From Synechococcus sp. (lineage in GTDB: Bacteria > Cyanobacteriota > Cyanobacteriia > Cyanobacteriales > MRBY01): DNA of 64,000 nt. The stretch is taken from positions 5,567 through 69,566 of the forward strand of contig JAYKIK010000060.1 of the NCBI GenBank assembly GCA_035284725.1. The letters are read 5' to 3'. Made by a program: the position numbers and the translations under genes. Positions 11,659-21,310 of this stretch are shown here, piece after piece (positions within the stretch are counted from its first letter, which is position 1; each line of letters begins with the position of its first letter). The notes beneath the pieces are model-generated. The model saw only the letters and a program-made list of their open reading frames with translations. It did not search any database and had not been told where the DNA came from.

Positions 11659-11820
11659 ATCCTCCCTTGAGGGAGGGTGGCTGAAGCGTTTCCCTAAAGT
11701 TAACACTCCCGTTCGGCTGAGCTCACGCCGAAGTCTAACCCCTCCCAAGAGGGGAATAGTTGGCCGGTGTGTTGGCAAGTTCCACAAAATTCTCCCTTAG
11801 AGGGGTGTTCCTGAGGGGTA
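11659..11820. repeat. Composite palindromic intergenic repeat between convergent genes, containing a nested 24-bp hairpin element
   Basis: atcctcccttgagggagggt palindrome; arm ctaacccctcccaagaggggaat pairs imperfectly with attctcccttagaggggtg; gttcggctgagctcacgccgaagt at 11711-11734. Confidence 0.65.
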
Positions 11821-11821
11821 T

Positions 11822-14392
11822 TTATTCTTCTTCAGCAGTCATGTCCGCAGTTGCTAAACTGTCTTCGGCTGGTGTGGGTACTAGGGCCACCGCCACAATT
11901 GCATCATCCCCATCAAGGCGCTGGACTCTGACCCCAGTGGCATTTCGGGACTGGAGAGAGATAGATTCCACCGCTTGGCGAATCATAATCCCCCGGCCTG
12001 TTACGAGCATCAGTTCATCTTCAGGGTTAACAATCCGCAGGGAGGCAAGACGGTCATCTTTGGACTTGAATTTAATCGCCCGCAGACCGACCCCAGCGCG
12101 ATTTTGAAGACGGAAACGGCCCACCGGCACCCGCTTCCCAAAGCCTTTGGTTGTTACAGCAATGATCCAGGGCCCCTGGTCAACGCTTTCGGTGACTTCT
12201 TCACTATCGTCATCTTCCTCGGCATTATCCGCAGAGGCGATCGCCGCTGTAATTTGGGCCGAAACAATGTCCATACTCACTAACTTGTCATCGTCGGACT
12301 TGAGTTTCATCGCCCGCACCCCCCGGGTAGAACGGCCTAGGGGACGCAATTGGCTATGGTCGGCCTGGAAGTGGATTGCCATCCCTTCACTACTGGCGAC
12401 GATAATACTGTCTTCCTCGCGGGCAAGACGCACCCAGCGCAACTCATCTCCATCTTCAAGGGAAATGGCAATTAGGCCATTGGCGCGAATCTTCGCAAAG
12501 GCCGAAAGGGCTGTTTTCTTGATGTAGCCATTTTGGGTGAGCATTACGAGGTATTCATCCTCCGTAAACTCGCTCACCGCTAGCATTGCCGTAATTTTTT
12601 CTTCCTTCGGGATGGGCAGCAGCTGGATCGCCGGTAAACCCCTCGCTGTGCGGGAAGCCTGGGGAATTTGGTAGGCACTGATGGAATACACCACCCCCCG
12701 GTCGGTGAAAAAGAGCACATGGTCATGGTCACAACAGGTGAGGAAGTGATCTACCCCATCGTCCTCCTTCATTTTGGTGGCAGCTTTGCCGCGGGTAGCC
12801 CGGTTTTGGGCGTCGAAGGTGGCCACGGGCATCCGCTTAATATAGCCTTGCTCCGTTAATAAAATCGCAGATTGTTCATTGGCAATCAGGTCAATATCCT
12901 GCAAATCACCGTCATCGAGGACTAATTCCGTGCGGCGATCGCTTTGGTGGATGGCTTTAAGTTCTGCCAATTCATCTTCGATAATCGCGTTGACCCGTTC
13001 CCGACGGGCGAGGATATCTTCAAGGTCGGTGATTTTAAGTAGTAAATCCTGGTGTTCCGCTTCAATTTTGTCCGCTTCTAGGGCAGTGAGTCGCCGCAGT
13101 TGCATCTGTAAAATCGCATCGGCCTGGGCTTGGCTGAGGTTATAACCATCCATCAGTCCTTGGCGAGCGGTAATCGTATCGGCGGCCTGGCGAATTAAAT
13201 GAATTACCGCATCGAGATTCCCCAGGGCAATCAACAAACCCTGAAGGATGTGATCCCGTTCCTGGGCTTTGCGCAGTTCGTAACGGGTGCGGCGGGTGAT
13301 TACTTCGACGCGGAAATCGAGGAAAACCTGGAGAAACTGCTTAAGGTTTAGTAATTGGGGTTCTCCATTCACCAGGGCCAACATATTCGCGCCAAAGTTG
13401 GCCTGGAGGGGGGTGTGCTTGTAGAGATTATTTAAAACCACCCGTGGGTAGGCATCCCGCTTCAGTTCGATGACGATGCGCATCCCTTGGCGATCGCTTT
13501 CATCGCGGATATCAGAGATTCCATCAAGTTTTTTGTCGTTGACCATCTCAGCGATCCGTTCGATCAAGGCCGCTTTGTTGGTCTGATAGGGAAGTTGGGT
13601 CACCACAATCGCTTCCTTTTCCCGGCCATTTTGACGGAGAGTTTCAATTTCTGCGACCCCCCGCATGGTGATTGAGCCGCGCCCCGTCATGTAGGCGTCC
13701 TTAATGCCGGAACGGCCAAGGATTTGCGCCCCTGTCGGAAAATCCGGTGCGGGAATAAACTGCATTAATTCTTTAATGGTGACCTCTGGGTTATGGATCA
13801 GAGCCGTCACCCCATCGATAATTTCTCCGAGGTTGTGGGGAGGAATATTTGTGGCCATCCCTACGGCAATCCCTGAGGAACCATTCACCAGAAGTTGAGG
13901 GATCCGGGACGGGAGAACCACCGGTTCCTGTTGGGAGCCATCGAAGTTATCCGCAAAATCAACGGTTTCCGCTTCGATATCCCGCAATAGGGCATTGGTA
14001 GCGAGGGATTGGAGCCGACATTCGGTGTAACGCATCGCCGCGGCCGGATCGTTATCAATGGAGCCAAAGTTTCCGTGGCCATTGATCAGTGGATCCCGCA
14101 TGGAAAAATCCTGGGCCATCCGCACCAGGGCATCGTAAACCGCAGTATCCCCGTGGGGGTGGTATTTACCGAGCACTTCCCCGACAACCCGCGCACATTT
14201 CCGAAAAGGGCGATCGGGAGTCAAGCCCAGCTCATACATGGCGTAGAGGATCCGGCGGTGTACGGGTTTTAGGCCATCCCGCGCATCGGGTAACGCCCGC
14301 CCCACAATCACACTCATGGCGTACTCGAGGTACGAGCGTGACATTTCATTGCTTAAATCGGTGGGAATAATGCGCTCCTGGGGGGAGGTCAT
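11822..14392 (-). CDS. gyrA: DNA gyrase subunit A
   Basis: [22 protein letters not shown], catalytic AAMRYTE, C-terminal pinwheel repeats. Confidence 0.97.
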   Translation of the reverse strand: MTSPQERIIPTDLSNEMSRSYLEYAMSVIVGRALPDARDGLKPVHRRILYAMYELGLTPDRPFRKCARVVGEVLGKYHPHGDTAVYDALVRMAQDFSMRDPLINGHGNFGSIDNDPAAAMRYTECRLQSLATNALLRDIEAETVDFADNFDGSQQEPVVLPSRIPQLLVNGSSGIAVGMATNIPPHNLGEIIDGVTALIHNPEVTIKELMQFIPAPDFPTGAQILGRSGIKDAYMTGRGSITMRGVAEIETLRQNGREKEAIVVTQLPYQTNKAALIERIAEMVNDKKLDGISDIRDESDRQGMRIVIELKRDAYPRVVLNNLYKHTPLQANFGANMLALVNGEPQLLNLKQFLQVFLDFRVEVITRRTRYELRKAQERDHILQGLLIALGNLDAVIHLIRQAADTITARQGLMDGYNLSQAQADAILQMQLRRLTALEADKIEAEHQDLLLKITDLEDILARRERVNAIIEDELAELKAIHQSDRRTELVLDDGDLQDIDLIANEQSAILLTEQGYIKRMPVATFDAQNRATRGKAATKMKEDDGVDHFLTCCDHDHVLFFTDRGVVYSISAYQIPQASRTARGLPAIQLLPIPKEEKITAMLAVSEFTEDEYLVMLTQNGYIKKTALSAFAKIRANGLIAISLEDGDELRWVRLAREEDSIIVASSEGMAIHFQADHSQLRPLGRSTRGVRAMKLKSDDDKLVSMDIVSAQITAAIASADNAEEDDDSEEVTESVDQGPWIIAVTTKGFGKRVPVGRFRLQNRAGVGLRAIKFKSKDDRLASLRIVNPEDELMLVTGRGIMIRQAVESISLQSRNATGVRVQRLDGDDAIVAVALVPTPAEDSLATADMTAEEE

Positions 14393-14550
14393 AGGGTTTC
14401 GGCTCCGCTAGGTCAAAAGGGGTCAAAAAACAGTAAAAACGGCGTCAAAGCGAATTATCTTGCGTTTTTTAACTGGATTTTTTTGTCAAATAGACTCTTA
14501 TTTTACCACAGTCTCCGGGGCATAAACTGGCTCTGGAAAAGGCTTTGGGC

Positions 14551-16752
14551 CTAGGGCAGATCCGGCGCAAGACTGGTCAAACCTTTTCGGGGTGTCCATT
14601 GCATCGTGCCGTCGGTTTCGCTCCAGTAAACAATCCGGTTGGGGGCGAGAAAATGACCTTGGGGAGAACCAATAGCGATCGCCTTTTGGGGTTTGAGGGT
14701 CTGCCAAATTTTGAAATCAAGATCGTTGGCTCTGGCGATCAGGATGGCGGGATTCCACTGGGCGATAAAGTCCGCGTCAGGATTCTGCTTGCTGAGGAGA
14801 TAAAAGGATTGGCTTTTGAGGCGAATTTCCAAGATATGCAAGTCTTCTTGAAGCAGTTGTAAAGTAATCGGGCCGAGGCGGTGGGGTTCTAGGGGACGCA
14901 AAATAATCTCCCCGGGATGTTGGGATTGGGGCAGGCCAAAACGCTGTTGAATAGATAGTTCACTGGCAAAATCAGCCTTGCCGTTTTCGGGGTTTGGAGT
15001 CGTGAAAGACAAAAACCCATCGATCGTATTCAGGCCACTGCGGCGCAGGAAAGGTTCGAGGGTATATTCCTTAAATCCAGGGGATTCACCGTTAATCACC
15101 AGGGTTTTCCCCCCAGCTTGGGCAACAATGACAGGGGTCTGGCGATCGCCAAAAATCGTCACCTGGGTGGTATTAAAATGGCGATAAACCGAGACCACCA
15201 GAAAGAGAATGAGTAAGCTCCCGATGAGGGGTTTGGCCTGTTTCTGAGCGCGCTTGGTACACCAAATCAAGAGCATGACCCCATAGAACAGCACCACCTG
15301 GGGCCAGGGCAATGCCGCCACACTCGCCTGACTGCCGGGTAAAGCCACAACCTGCTCCACGACCCAGATCATCCCCTGTAGAGGCCAACCCACCCCGTAG
15401 GCGATCGCCCCACCTAATTCTGGGCTGAGTAGACCCACCGCGCCGCTAACCATCCCGCCCAAACTCACTAAGCCAATCATCGGGGACAAAATGATACTGA
15501 GGGGAATGGAGTAGGTGGCGATTACATTGAATTTGTAAGCCAATAGGGGCAATGTCCAAATACTTGCCGCGATGGGAATGGCGATCGCCGTCGTGATCCT
15601 TGGGGGCAAAAAGTCCAGTTTTTTCTGGATGGGTTCTAGGGTACTAAAGAGGCCGAAGGTTGCCAGGAAACTGAGTTGAAAGCCCAAATCCCAGAGCCAC
15701 AGCGGTTTAATCAGTAGCAGTATCGTCGCTGTCACCAGCAAAAGGCCAATGGGCTTCACCTTACGGTCAAGAATCAGGGCCACCAATCCCCCCATCCCCA
15801 TCAAGGCAGCCCGGAGTACAGAGGCCTGAAAACCCGTGAGCAGCACATAACCCAACAAGATTCCCCCAGCAAAATAGACCTGAGTTTTAACATCCCGATT
15901 GCGCAACAGCCACAGCACCACCCCCAGCAATAGCGAAACATGGAACCCAGACGCCGCAACGGTATAAGCCAAGCCTGCTTTTACCCAAAGGTCATAGATT
16001 GCTGGATCTAAATTGGCTGCCTGACGCCCCAGCACCATAGAGCTAAGCAAGCTAGCCGCTTGGTCGGGCAAGAATTCCCGGTGACTCTTTTGAATCCGTT
16101 GCCGTAATTGTTCTGTTAGGGGCTGTTCCCGTCGGCTTAGGGTCGCTTCCCAGGCACTGAACCCCAGAAAAGTATTGTTTTGGCGTAGATAATCTGGAAA
16201 GCTGAAGGCCAAGTTGTTTTGGGGTGGCTGGGGTTTGTAGAGGCGGCCCGTCAACTGGAGGCGATCGCCCAGTTTGAAAGGGGGAAAATTACCCGTTAAA
16301 GTGACATATAAATTCTCTTTTTTCGGAGTGATCTTTGGGCCGATTTGTAATTGCTCTACCTTCAACCAAAATCGTTGTTTATCCTCATCTTTAGCGGTGG
16401 TGGTGCGATAAACTTTTCCTTGAATTTCCACGGGGTTTTGTAAAAGACTCGGCTGGCTCTGGGTAAGACCATACAGAGCATTGGCAGCGGGACGGGGGAG
16501 ACGCACCTGAGCATAAATGGCAGCGAGAAGTATCACCAACCCCAGGATCAGCCAGAAGCGGCGTGGTACCTGCCAAAGGAAACGAGGGAAAAAAATTGCT
16601 GCAAGGGTTGTCCCCAGGGCGATCGCCCCGATGAAAATTCCCCACTGGAGTACCGTCGGATCGGGATTAAAAGGCCCCCAGAATCCAGCCAGAGCCAGGC
16701 CGAAAACGTAACTCAAGCAGAGCCAAACACCACGTTGAAAAATCATAGGCAA
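14551..16752 (-). CDS. comEC: ComEC/Rec2 competence DNA-uptake channel
   Basis: Multi-TM protein; OB-like region; AASGFHVS, SVLRAALM, DLGFQLSFLAT motifs. Confidence 0.9.
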   Translation of the reverse strand: MPMIFQRGVWLCLSYVFGLALAGFWGPFNPDPTVLQWGIFIGAIALGTTLAAIFFPRFLWQVPRRFWLILGLVILLAAIYAQVRLPRPAANALYGLTQSQPSLLQNPVEIQGKVYRTTTAKDEDKQRFWLKVEQLQIGPKITPKKENLYVTLTGNFPPFKLGDRLQLTGRLYKPQPPQNNLAFSFPDYLRQNNTFLGFSAWEATLSRREQPLTEQLRQRIQKSHREFLPDQAASLLSSMVLGRQAANLDPAIYDLWVKAGLAYTVAASGFHVSLLLGVVLWLLRNRDVKTQVYFAGGILLGYVLLTGFQASVLRAALMGMGGLVALILDRKVKPIGLLLVTATILLLIKPLWLWDLGFQLSFLATFGLFSTLEPIQKKLDFLPPRITTAIAIPIAASIWTLPLLAYKFNVIATYSIPLSIILSPMIGLVSLGGMVSGAVGLLSPELGGAIAYGVGWPLQGMIWVVEQVVALPGSQASVAALPWPQVVLFYGVMLLIWCTKRAQKQAKPLIGSLLILFLVVSVYRHFNTTQVTIFGDRQTPVIVAQAGGKTLVINGESPGFKEYTLEPFLRRSGLNTIDGFLSFTTPNPENGKADFASELSIQQRFGLPQSQHPGEIILRPLEPHRLGPITLQLLQEDLHILEIRLKSQSFYLLSKQNPDADFIAQWNPAILIARANDLDFKIWQTLKPQKAIAIGSPQGHFLAPNRIVYWSETDGTMQWTPRKGLTSLAPDLP

Positions 16753-16846
16753 TCTGGGTTGATTGGTAGAAAAGAAAACAAAAATTAACCAATCGCCTTA
16801 GGCTAAAATAGCAAGGCCACGCAAAATTTTAGAAAAAATCACGTTA

Positions 16847-18001
16847 ATGATGGGATTTGCTTACGATTTCAGCCACCTGCCAAAGTATCTAGAAATCCTC
16901 CGTGAAAAATTAAGAATTGCCGTCATTTATGGAGGAGATAAAACAGCGCCAGGGGCCGTTATCTACCAGACCCATAATCCTCGCTCTACTAAAACCTATG
17001 AACTGGTTGCCCATGACATTGCCGCCGCCCTCAAGGACTTAGGTTTCCAGCAAGTTTTCGTTTTGCCCGATGATGCTACCCTCGGCGATCGCCTCCGGGA
17101 CAATCAAATTCATCTGGCCTGGCTGAATACTGGTGGCGTTCAGGGTTACAATCCCGTGTGCCACACCCCCGCAATCCTGGAAATGTTGGGGGTTCCTTAC
17201 ATTGGTCATAATCCTTTAAATAGCTCAATTTTAGATAATAAGCATTCTTTTAAGCGGGAATTACAGGGACTCGGCTTTCCCACGGCGCCTTTTATGATTT
17301 GGCATCCAGCCCAAGGAAAATTTACCGCCAAAAATAACGCCCGTTTCCAACAAACCTTTGAGAATTACCAAGGGGCTTTTCTCGTTAAACCCGTGTCCGG
17401 TCGGGCCTCTTTAAACATCCATTTTGTAGATGATCCCGCCGATCTTGGTGAGGCGATCGCCAACATTCATCAGCAGACCCACAACACCGCCTTGATTGAA
17501 CCCTTCCTGACGGGGCGAGAATTTTGTGTATCCGTTTGTGGTTATGTGCGGCAACGCCAGGGTCAATTAGAAAAGCTAGATTCTCCCTTCACATTTTCTA
17601 TTTTGGAACGCCTTTTAGAACCCGATGAAAAGATTTTCACATCCATGGATAAAAAGGCAATTACGGGCCAAAGAATTCGCTTTTTAAATGATCAGGATCC
17701 GGCTAAAGTACAACTGACAAAACTCGCCCAGCAAGTCTACTGGGAGTTCAGTTTAAATGCTTTAATTCGTATCGATGCCCGGATGGATGAAGCCGGTAAT
17801 ATTCAAATTTTAGAGGCCAATCCGAAGCCCGATCTCAAGCGACCCACCGCCAATGTCACCAGCCTTGTTGCCCAGGGGCTGTCCGAGCAGGGGATGACCT
17901 ACGAAGACTTAATTCTCTCTCTGATTGGCGATCGCCTTGATTATTTGTTCACCAACCACGCTCAAATTATTCCCCACATCACGGATCTGCTCGGGGTCTA
18001 G
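16847..18001 (+). CDS. D-Ala-D-Ala ligase-like ATP-grasp enzyme (atypical)
   Basis: RIAVIYGG, LEMLGVPYIG, LVKPVSG, IEPFLTGREF, RIDAR..ILEANPKP. Confidence 0.8.
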   Translation: MMGFAYDFSHLPKYLEILREKLRIAVIYGGDKTAPGAVIYQTHNPRSTKTYELVAHDIAAALKDLGFQQVFVLPDDATLGDRLRDNQIHLAWLNTGGVQGYNPVCHTPAILEMLGVPYIGHNPLNSSILDNKHSFKRELQGLGFPTAPFMIWHPAQGKFTAKNNARFQQTFENYQGAFLVKPVSGRASLNIHFVDDPADLGEAIANIHQQTHNTALIEPFLTGREFCVSVCGYVRQRQGQLEKLDSPFTFSILERLLEPDEKIFTSMDKKAITGQRIRFLNDQDPAKVQLTKLAQQVYWEFSLNALIRIDARMDEAGNIQILEANPKPDLKRPTANVTSLVAQGLSEQGMTYEDLILSLIGDRLDYLFTNHAQIIPHITDLLGV

Positions 18002-18016
18002 GAAAATAATTTACAA

Positions 18017-18048
18017 TTTACAACGGGGGCGATCGCCTGCTATATAAT
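18017..18048 (+). promoter_or_regulatory. Probable promoter of the btu operon
   Basis: TTTACA at 18017-18022 and TATAAT at 18043-18048, just upstream of the riboswitch; the spacer is longer than ideal. Confidence 0.5.
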
Positions 18049-18064
18049 TAAACCTTGATAATTA

Positions 18065-18190
18065 AAATCAGTTCGGTTTTACCGGGGATCAGCCGGTAAA
18101 AGCAATGGGGAAAGAACGGTGAAAATCCGTCGCTGTCCCGCAGCTGTAAGGAAATTTACGTAATTTCTAAGTCAGAATGCCCGCCGAGCC
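18065..18190 (+). ncRNA. Cobalamin (B12) riboswitch
   Basis: ggttttaccgg..ccggtaaa stem, ggggaaagaacggtgaaaatccgtcgctgtcccgcagctgtaa core, and B12 box aagtcagaatgcccgcc; lies upstream of btuB. Confidence 0.93.
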
Positions 18191-18226
18191 AACGTTACAA
18201 ACCCTTCAACCATCTGCGCGGTACAG

Positions 18227-18316
18227 ATGTCAACCATGAATAATCTCATCTTTTCTGCCCATAGCCTGTATTTACTGAGACTGCAATATCGCCACAACCA
18301 GCCTCGGTCTCGCTAA
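18227..18316 (+). CDS. Putative leader peptide (uORF) in the btuB 5' leader: MSTMNNLIFSAHSLYLLRLQYRHNQPRSR
   Basis: ATG 18227 lies within hairpin catctg-cgcggta-cagatg; second in-frame ATG at 18236; TAA at 18314-18316. Translation is unproven. Confidence 0.35.
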   Translation: MSTMNNLIFSAHSLYLLRLQYRHNQPRSR

Positions 18317-18320
18317 GGCT

Positions 18321-18347
18321 TAAATTCTTTAAATTCTTTAAATTCTT
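18321..18347 (+). repeat. Tandem repeat (TAAATTCTT)x3
   Basis: Three perfect 9-bp copies directly after the uORF stop codon. Confidence 0.85.
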
Positions 18348-18533
18348 AGACCTAAGAAAAATTTTTAGGGACATATTTTATCCAGGCTTCCAATAGAAAC
18401 TGGAAAGGCTCTTTTTCGCAAACTTCCTTGGATTTTAGATTTTTATCCGGGAAAACGATAAAAAATCGCCCAATGACATCCTCAAAAATTTTCTCGTCTC
18501 CCTATTGCCATTATTTAGTTTTTATTCTCTTTA

Positions 18534-20504
18534 ATGACTCAGAATTTTCTTTTTAAAACATTAACTCTATCTGCTTTTTGCTTGGCTTGCAGTCCAATTG
18601 TCGTTATTGCCCAAGAAACAGTAAATCTTGAGGAAGACCAAGAAACAGTTGATTTTGAATTAACCGTTATCGACGAATTATTAAACCAACCCGTCTATGG
18701 CCCTTCCCGCCAAGAAGAAACCGTCCAAGATGCGACTCGCGCCGCCTATGTGATTACCCGCGAGCAAATTGAAGCCCAGGGTTATCGCACTGTCAATGAG
18801 GCGCTGAAATATTTTCCCGGAGTTTTGCTTGATAGCACGGCAGGCTCTCGACTGGGTGCCCAAAGTTCACAAATTCTGCGGGGAGCAAATAATTCTTCCC
18901 AAACCTTAATTTTGTTAGATGGAAGACCCCTCAACCGTTTTGATTCCGGTGGTTTCGATCTATCGACTTTGACGACGGACAATGTGGAGCGTATCGAGTT
19001 GATCTCTGGGGGAAGTTCGGTGTTATTCGGTTCCAATGCCATTGGCGGCGTGATTAATATCGTGACGCGGCAACCGGGCTTTGGGCAACCCATTGCAGTG
19101 GCAGTGGGGGCCGATCTGGGGAGCTTTGGCTATAACCGTCAAAAAGTCGGAGTCAGTTTTGGCTCTGAAACCCAGGCAGTCCGCCTAGCCTATGACCGTG
19201 CCGTTGCGGAAAATGATTTTGAATATGACATTCCAGCACGGGGTCTGTCGGGTATCCGGGATAATGCGGCAACAAATATCCAAAACGTAAATCTCCAGGT
19301 GGTTAATCAGTTGGGCGATCGCCATCGGTTGCGCTTTAACGGAATCTATAGTAGTAAAGATCTCGAAATTCCAGGAGGCGTTGATTCCCCGAGCCCGAAC
19401 GCGACGCAATATGACAATAATTGGCTACTTTCCCTGGATTTAGAGTCTCGCCTGGGGAATAGCGATGATTCTTTACTAACGACAAGATTATTTGCAGATC
19501 TGAATGATTTTCGTTTCTTTGATGAGAATCAATTTGGGACAACCGATGCCCGCTATGAAAACAATTCTTTTGGTGCCCAGATTCAGCACAATTGGCAACT
19601 AAATGAAACCCAAAATCTCACCTATGGTTTTGATTACCGCTATTTGACCGCAAAAGCAGAGGATCCTGGTGTATTTGGCTTTAGTTACGACGAAAACCTC
19701 GGTCAAGGGGCCATTTTTGCCCGCTATGGCTGGGATGTCGCCCCGGAACTCGCTCTGAATTTTGGGCTGCGCCAGGATTTTAATAGTTTGGCTGATGGTT
19801 CTGTCACATCACCCAGCGCAGGGTTTGCCTGGCAAGTGGGAGACTCGACCCGAATTCGGGGGAACTATGCCCGCAACTTCCGGGTGCCAACTGCCGTGGA
19901 TCTCTATTTCCCTGGGTTTAGCAATCCTGATTTAGTGCCGGAGATTGGGAATAGCTTTGATCTGGGTGTTGACCGCCGTTTTTCGGATCGTGCTTTGGTG
20001 CGTCTAACCTACTTCAATAACACCCTTGATGATGCCATCGTCTTTGATCTTGGGACATTCACTCCCCAAAATGTCCGGAAAGCCCGCAATCAAGGTTTAG
20101 AAGCAGAGTTAACTGTCCAACTGGCGTCTTCTCTTTCTGCCTTTGCTAACTACACTTGGAACAACTCTAAAATTCTTGCCGATGCTGATCCGACGGTAGT
20201 TGGTAATGAGGTCGCCTTTGCGGGTACAGATTATTTCAATGTGGGTCTCGCCTACGAAAATCCCCAGGGAGTTTATGCCGGGATTTTCTTGAAACGGGTG
20301 GGCGATCGCCTGATTAACAATGCCAATACCGATTCCCTCGAAGCCTACACAAACCTTGATCTGCGGGCGCGCTATCCCATCAGTGATACCGTAAATTTAA
20401 CAGCGAGTGTCGAAAATTTATTTGATGCGGATTTTGAAACATTCCCGGCTTACCCTGGTGTGGGGCGCAGGTTTCAGATCGGTGTCAATGCCCAATTCCG
20501 TTAA
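18534..20504 (+). CDS. btuB: TonB-dependent outer-membrane cobalamin receptor
   Basis: Signal peptide; plug motifs VITREQIE, ILLDGRP, VERIELISGGSSVLFGSNAIGGVINIVT; C-terminal beta-strand; follows the B12 riboswitch. Confidence 0.9.
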   Translation: MTQNFLFKTLTLSAFCLACSPIVVIAQETVNLEEDQETVDFELTVIDELLNQPVYGPSRQEETVQDATRAAYVITREQIEAQGYRTVNEALKYFPGVLLDSTAGSRLGAQSSQILRGANNSSQTLILLDGRPLNRFDSGGFDLSTLTTDNVERIELISGGSSVLFGSNAIGGVINIVTRQPGFGQPIAVAVGADLGSFGYNRQKVGVSFGSETQAVRLAYDRAVAENDFEYDIPARGLSGIRDNAATNIQNVNLQVVNQLGDRHRLRFNGIYSSKDLEIPGGVDSPSPNATQYDNNWLLSLDLESRLGNSDDSLLTTRLFADLNDFRFFDENQFGTTDARYENNSFGAQIQHNWQLNETQNLTYGFDYRYLTAKAEDPGVFGFSYDENLGQGAIFARYGWDVAPELALNFGLRQDFNSLADGSVTSPSAGFAWQVGDSTRIRGNYARNFRVPTAVDLYFPGFSNPDLVPEIGNSFDLGVDRRFSDRALVRLTYFNNTLDDAIVFDLGTFTPQNVRKARNQGLEAELTVQLASSLSAFANYTWNNSKILADADPTVVGNEVAFAGTDYFNVGLAYENPQGVYAGIFLKRVGDRLINNANTDSLEAYTNLDLRARYPISDTVNLTASVENLFDADFETFPAYPGVGRRFQIGVNAQFR

Positions 20505-20542
20505 GCCGCGTCGTTTAATTCTCTATTTGCCCACTGTTGCCC

Positions 20543-21310
20543 ATGGTTCTCATTGCCCAGATTACCGATACCCACCTCCTCGACCATCCCGATGCCGAAA
20601 TGCGGGGCGTAAAAACGGATGCGTCGTTTCAGGCAGTATTGGCGGCGGTGCAACGGTTTAAACCGGATCGCTTGATTTTGACCGGGGATTTAGCCCACCA
20701 CGGTGAGGCGATCACCTATGAACGGTTGCGGGATTTAGTCGAGGCAACGCAGATTCCCAGTTATTGGCTACCAGGAAACCATGATGATCCCGAGGCCATG
20801 GCGGAGATTTTGCAGGGGGATTACCTTTCAACGGAAAAGAGCGTTTCCCTGGGTGAATGGCAACTGCTGCTGTTGGATTCGTTCCTCGAAAATCCGAAAT
20901 ATGGCGAGGGCTTTTTAAGTACGTCTCAACTGGCTTGGCTGGCGGAAAACCTCGAGCGACATCAAACTGCTCCGGTGGCGATCGCTTTACATCACCATGT
21001 GGTGCCGGCGGGCATTGATTGGCTGGATCAAATTGATGTGATCAACCGCGCCGAATTTTGGGAGATTGTCCAAAACCATCCCCAGGTGAAGACGATTTTC
21101 TTTGGCCATGTCCATCTGGAATATACCGTCACCCAAGGGGACATTGCCTGTTTTGGCAGCCCGTCCACCTGCACCCAGGTCACTCCGCCCGATCAAGAAT
21201 CCATTGAAGGCGATCGCCAACTGTGGGAACAACCGGGTTTTCGCCTGTTTGAGCTCCATGGTGATGGTCGTTTCCAAACCCAAGTGCAACGTATTCCGTG
21301 GTTTGGGTAG
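20543..21310 (+). CDS. cpdA: CpdA-like metallophosphoesterase
   Basis: QITDTH, LTGDL, PGNHD, LHHH and GHVH metal-binding motifs. Confidence 0.85.
   Translation: MVLIAQITDTHLLDHPDAEMRGVKTDASFQAVLAAVQRFKPDRLILTGDLAHHGEAITYERLRDLVEATQIPSYWLPGNHDDPEAMAEILQGDYLSTEKSVSLGEWQLLLLDSFLENPKYGEGFLSTSQLAWLAENLERHQTAPVAIALHHHVVPAGIDWLDQIDVINRAEFWEIVQNHPQVKTIFFGHVHLEYTVTQGDIACFGSPSTCTQVTPPDQESIEGDRQLWEQPGFRLFELHGDGRFQTQVQRIPWFG

Noticed and set aside
11822-14392. Possible intein or unusual insertion in GyrA (acidic segment, non-canonical GyrA box QNRATRGK)
   Set aside because: Normal length and no intein splice motifs; these look like ordinary cyanobacterial variants.
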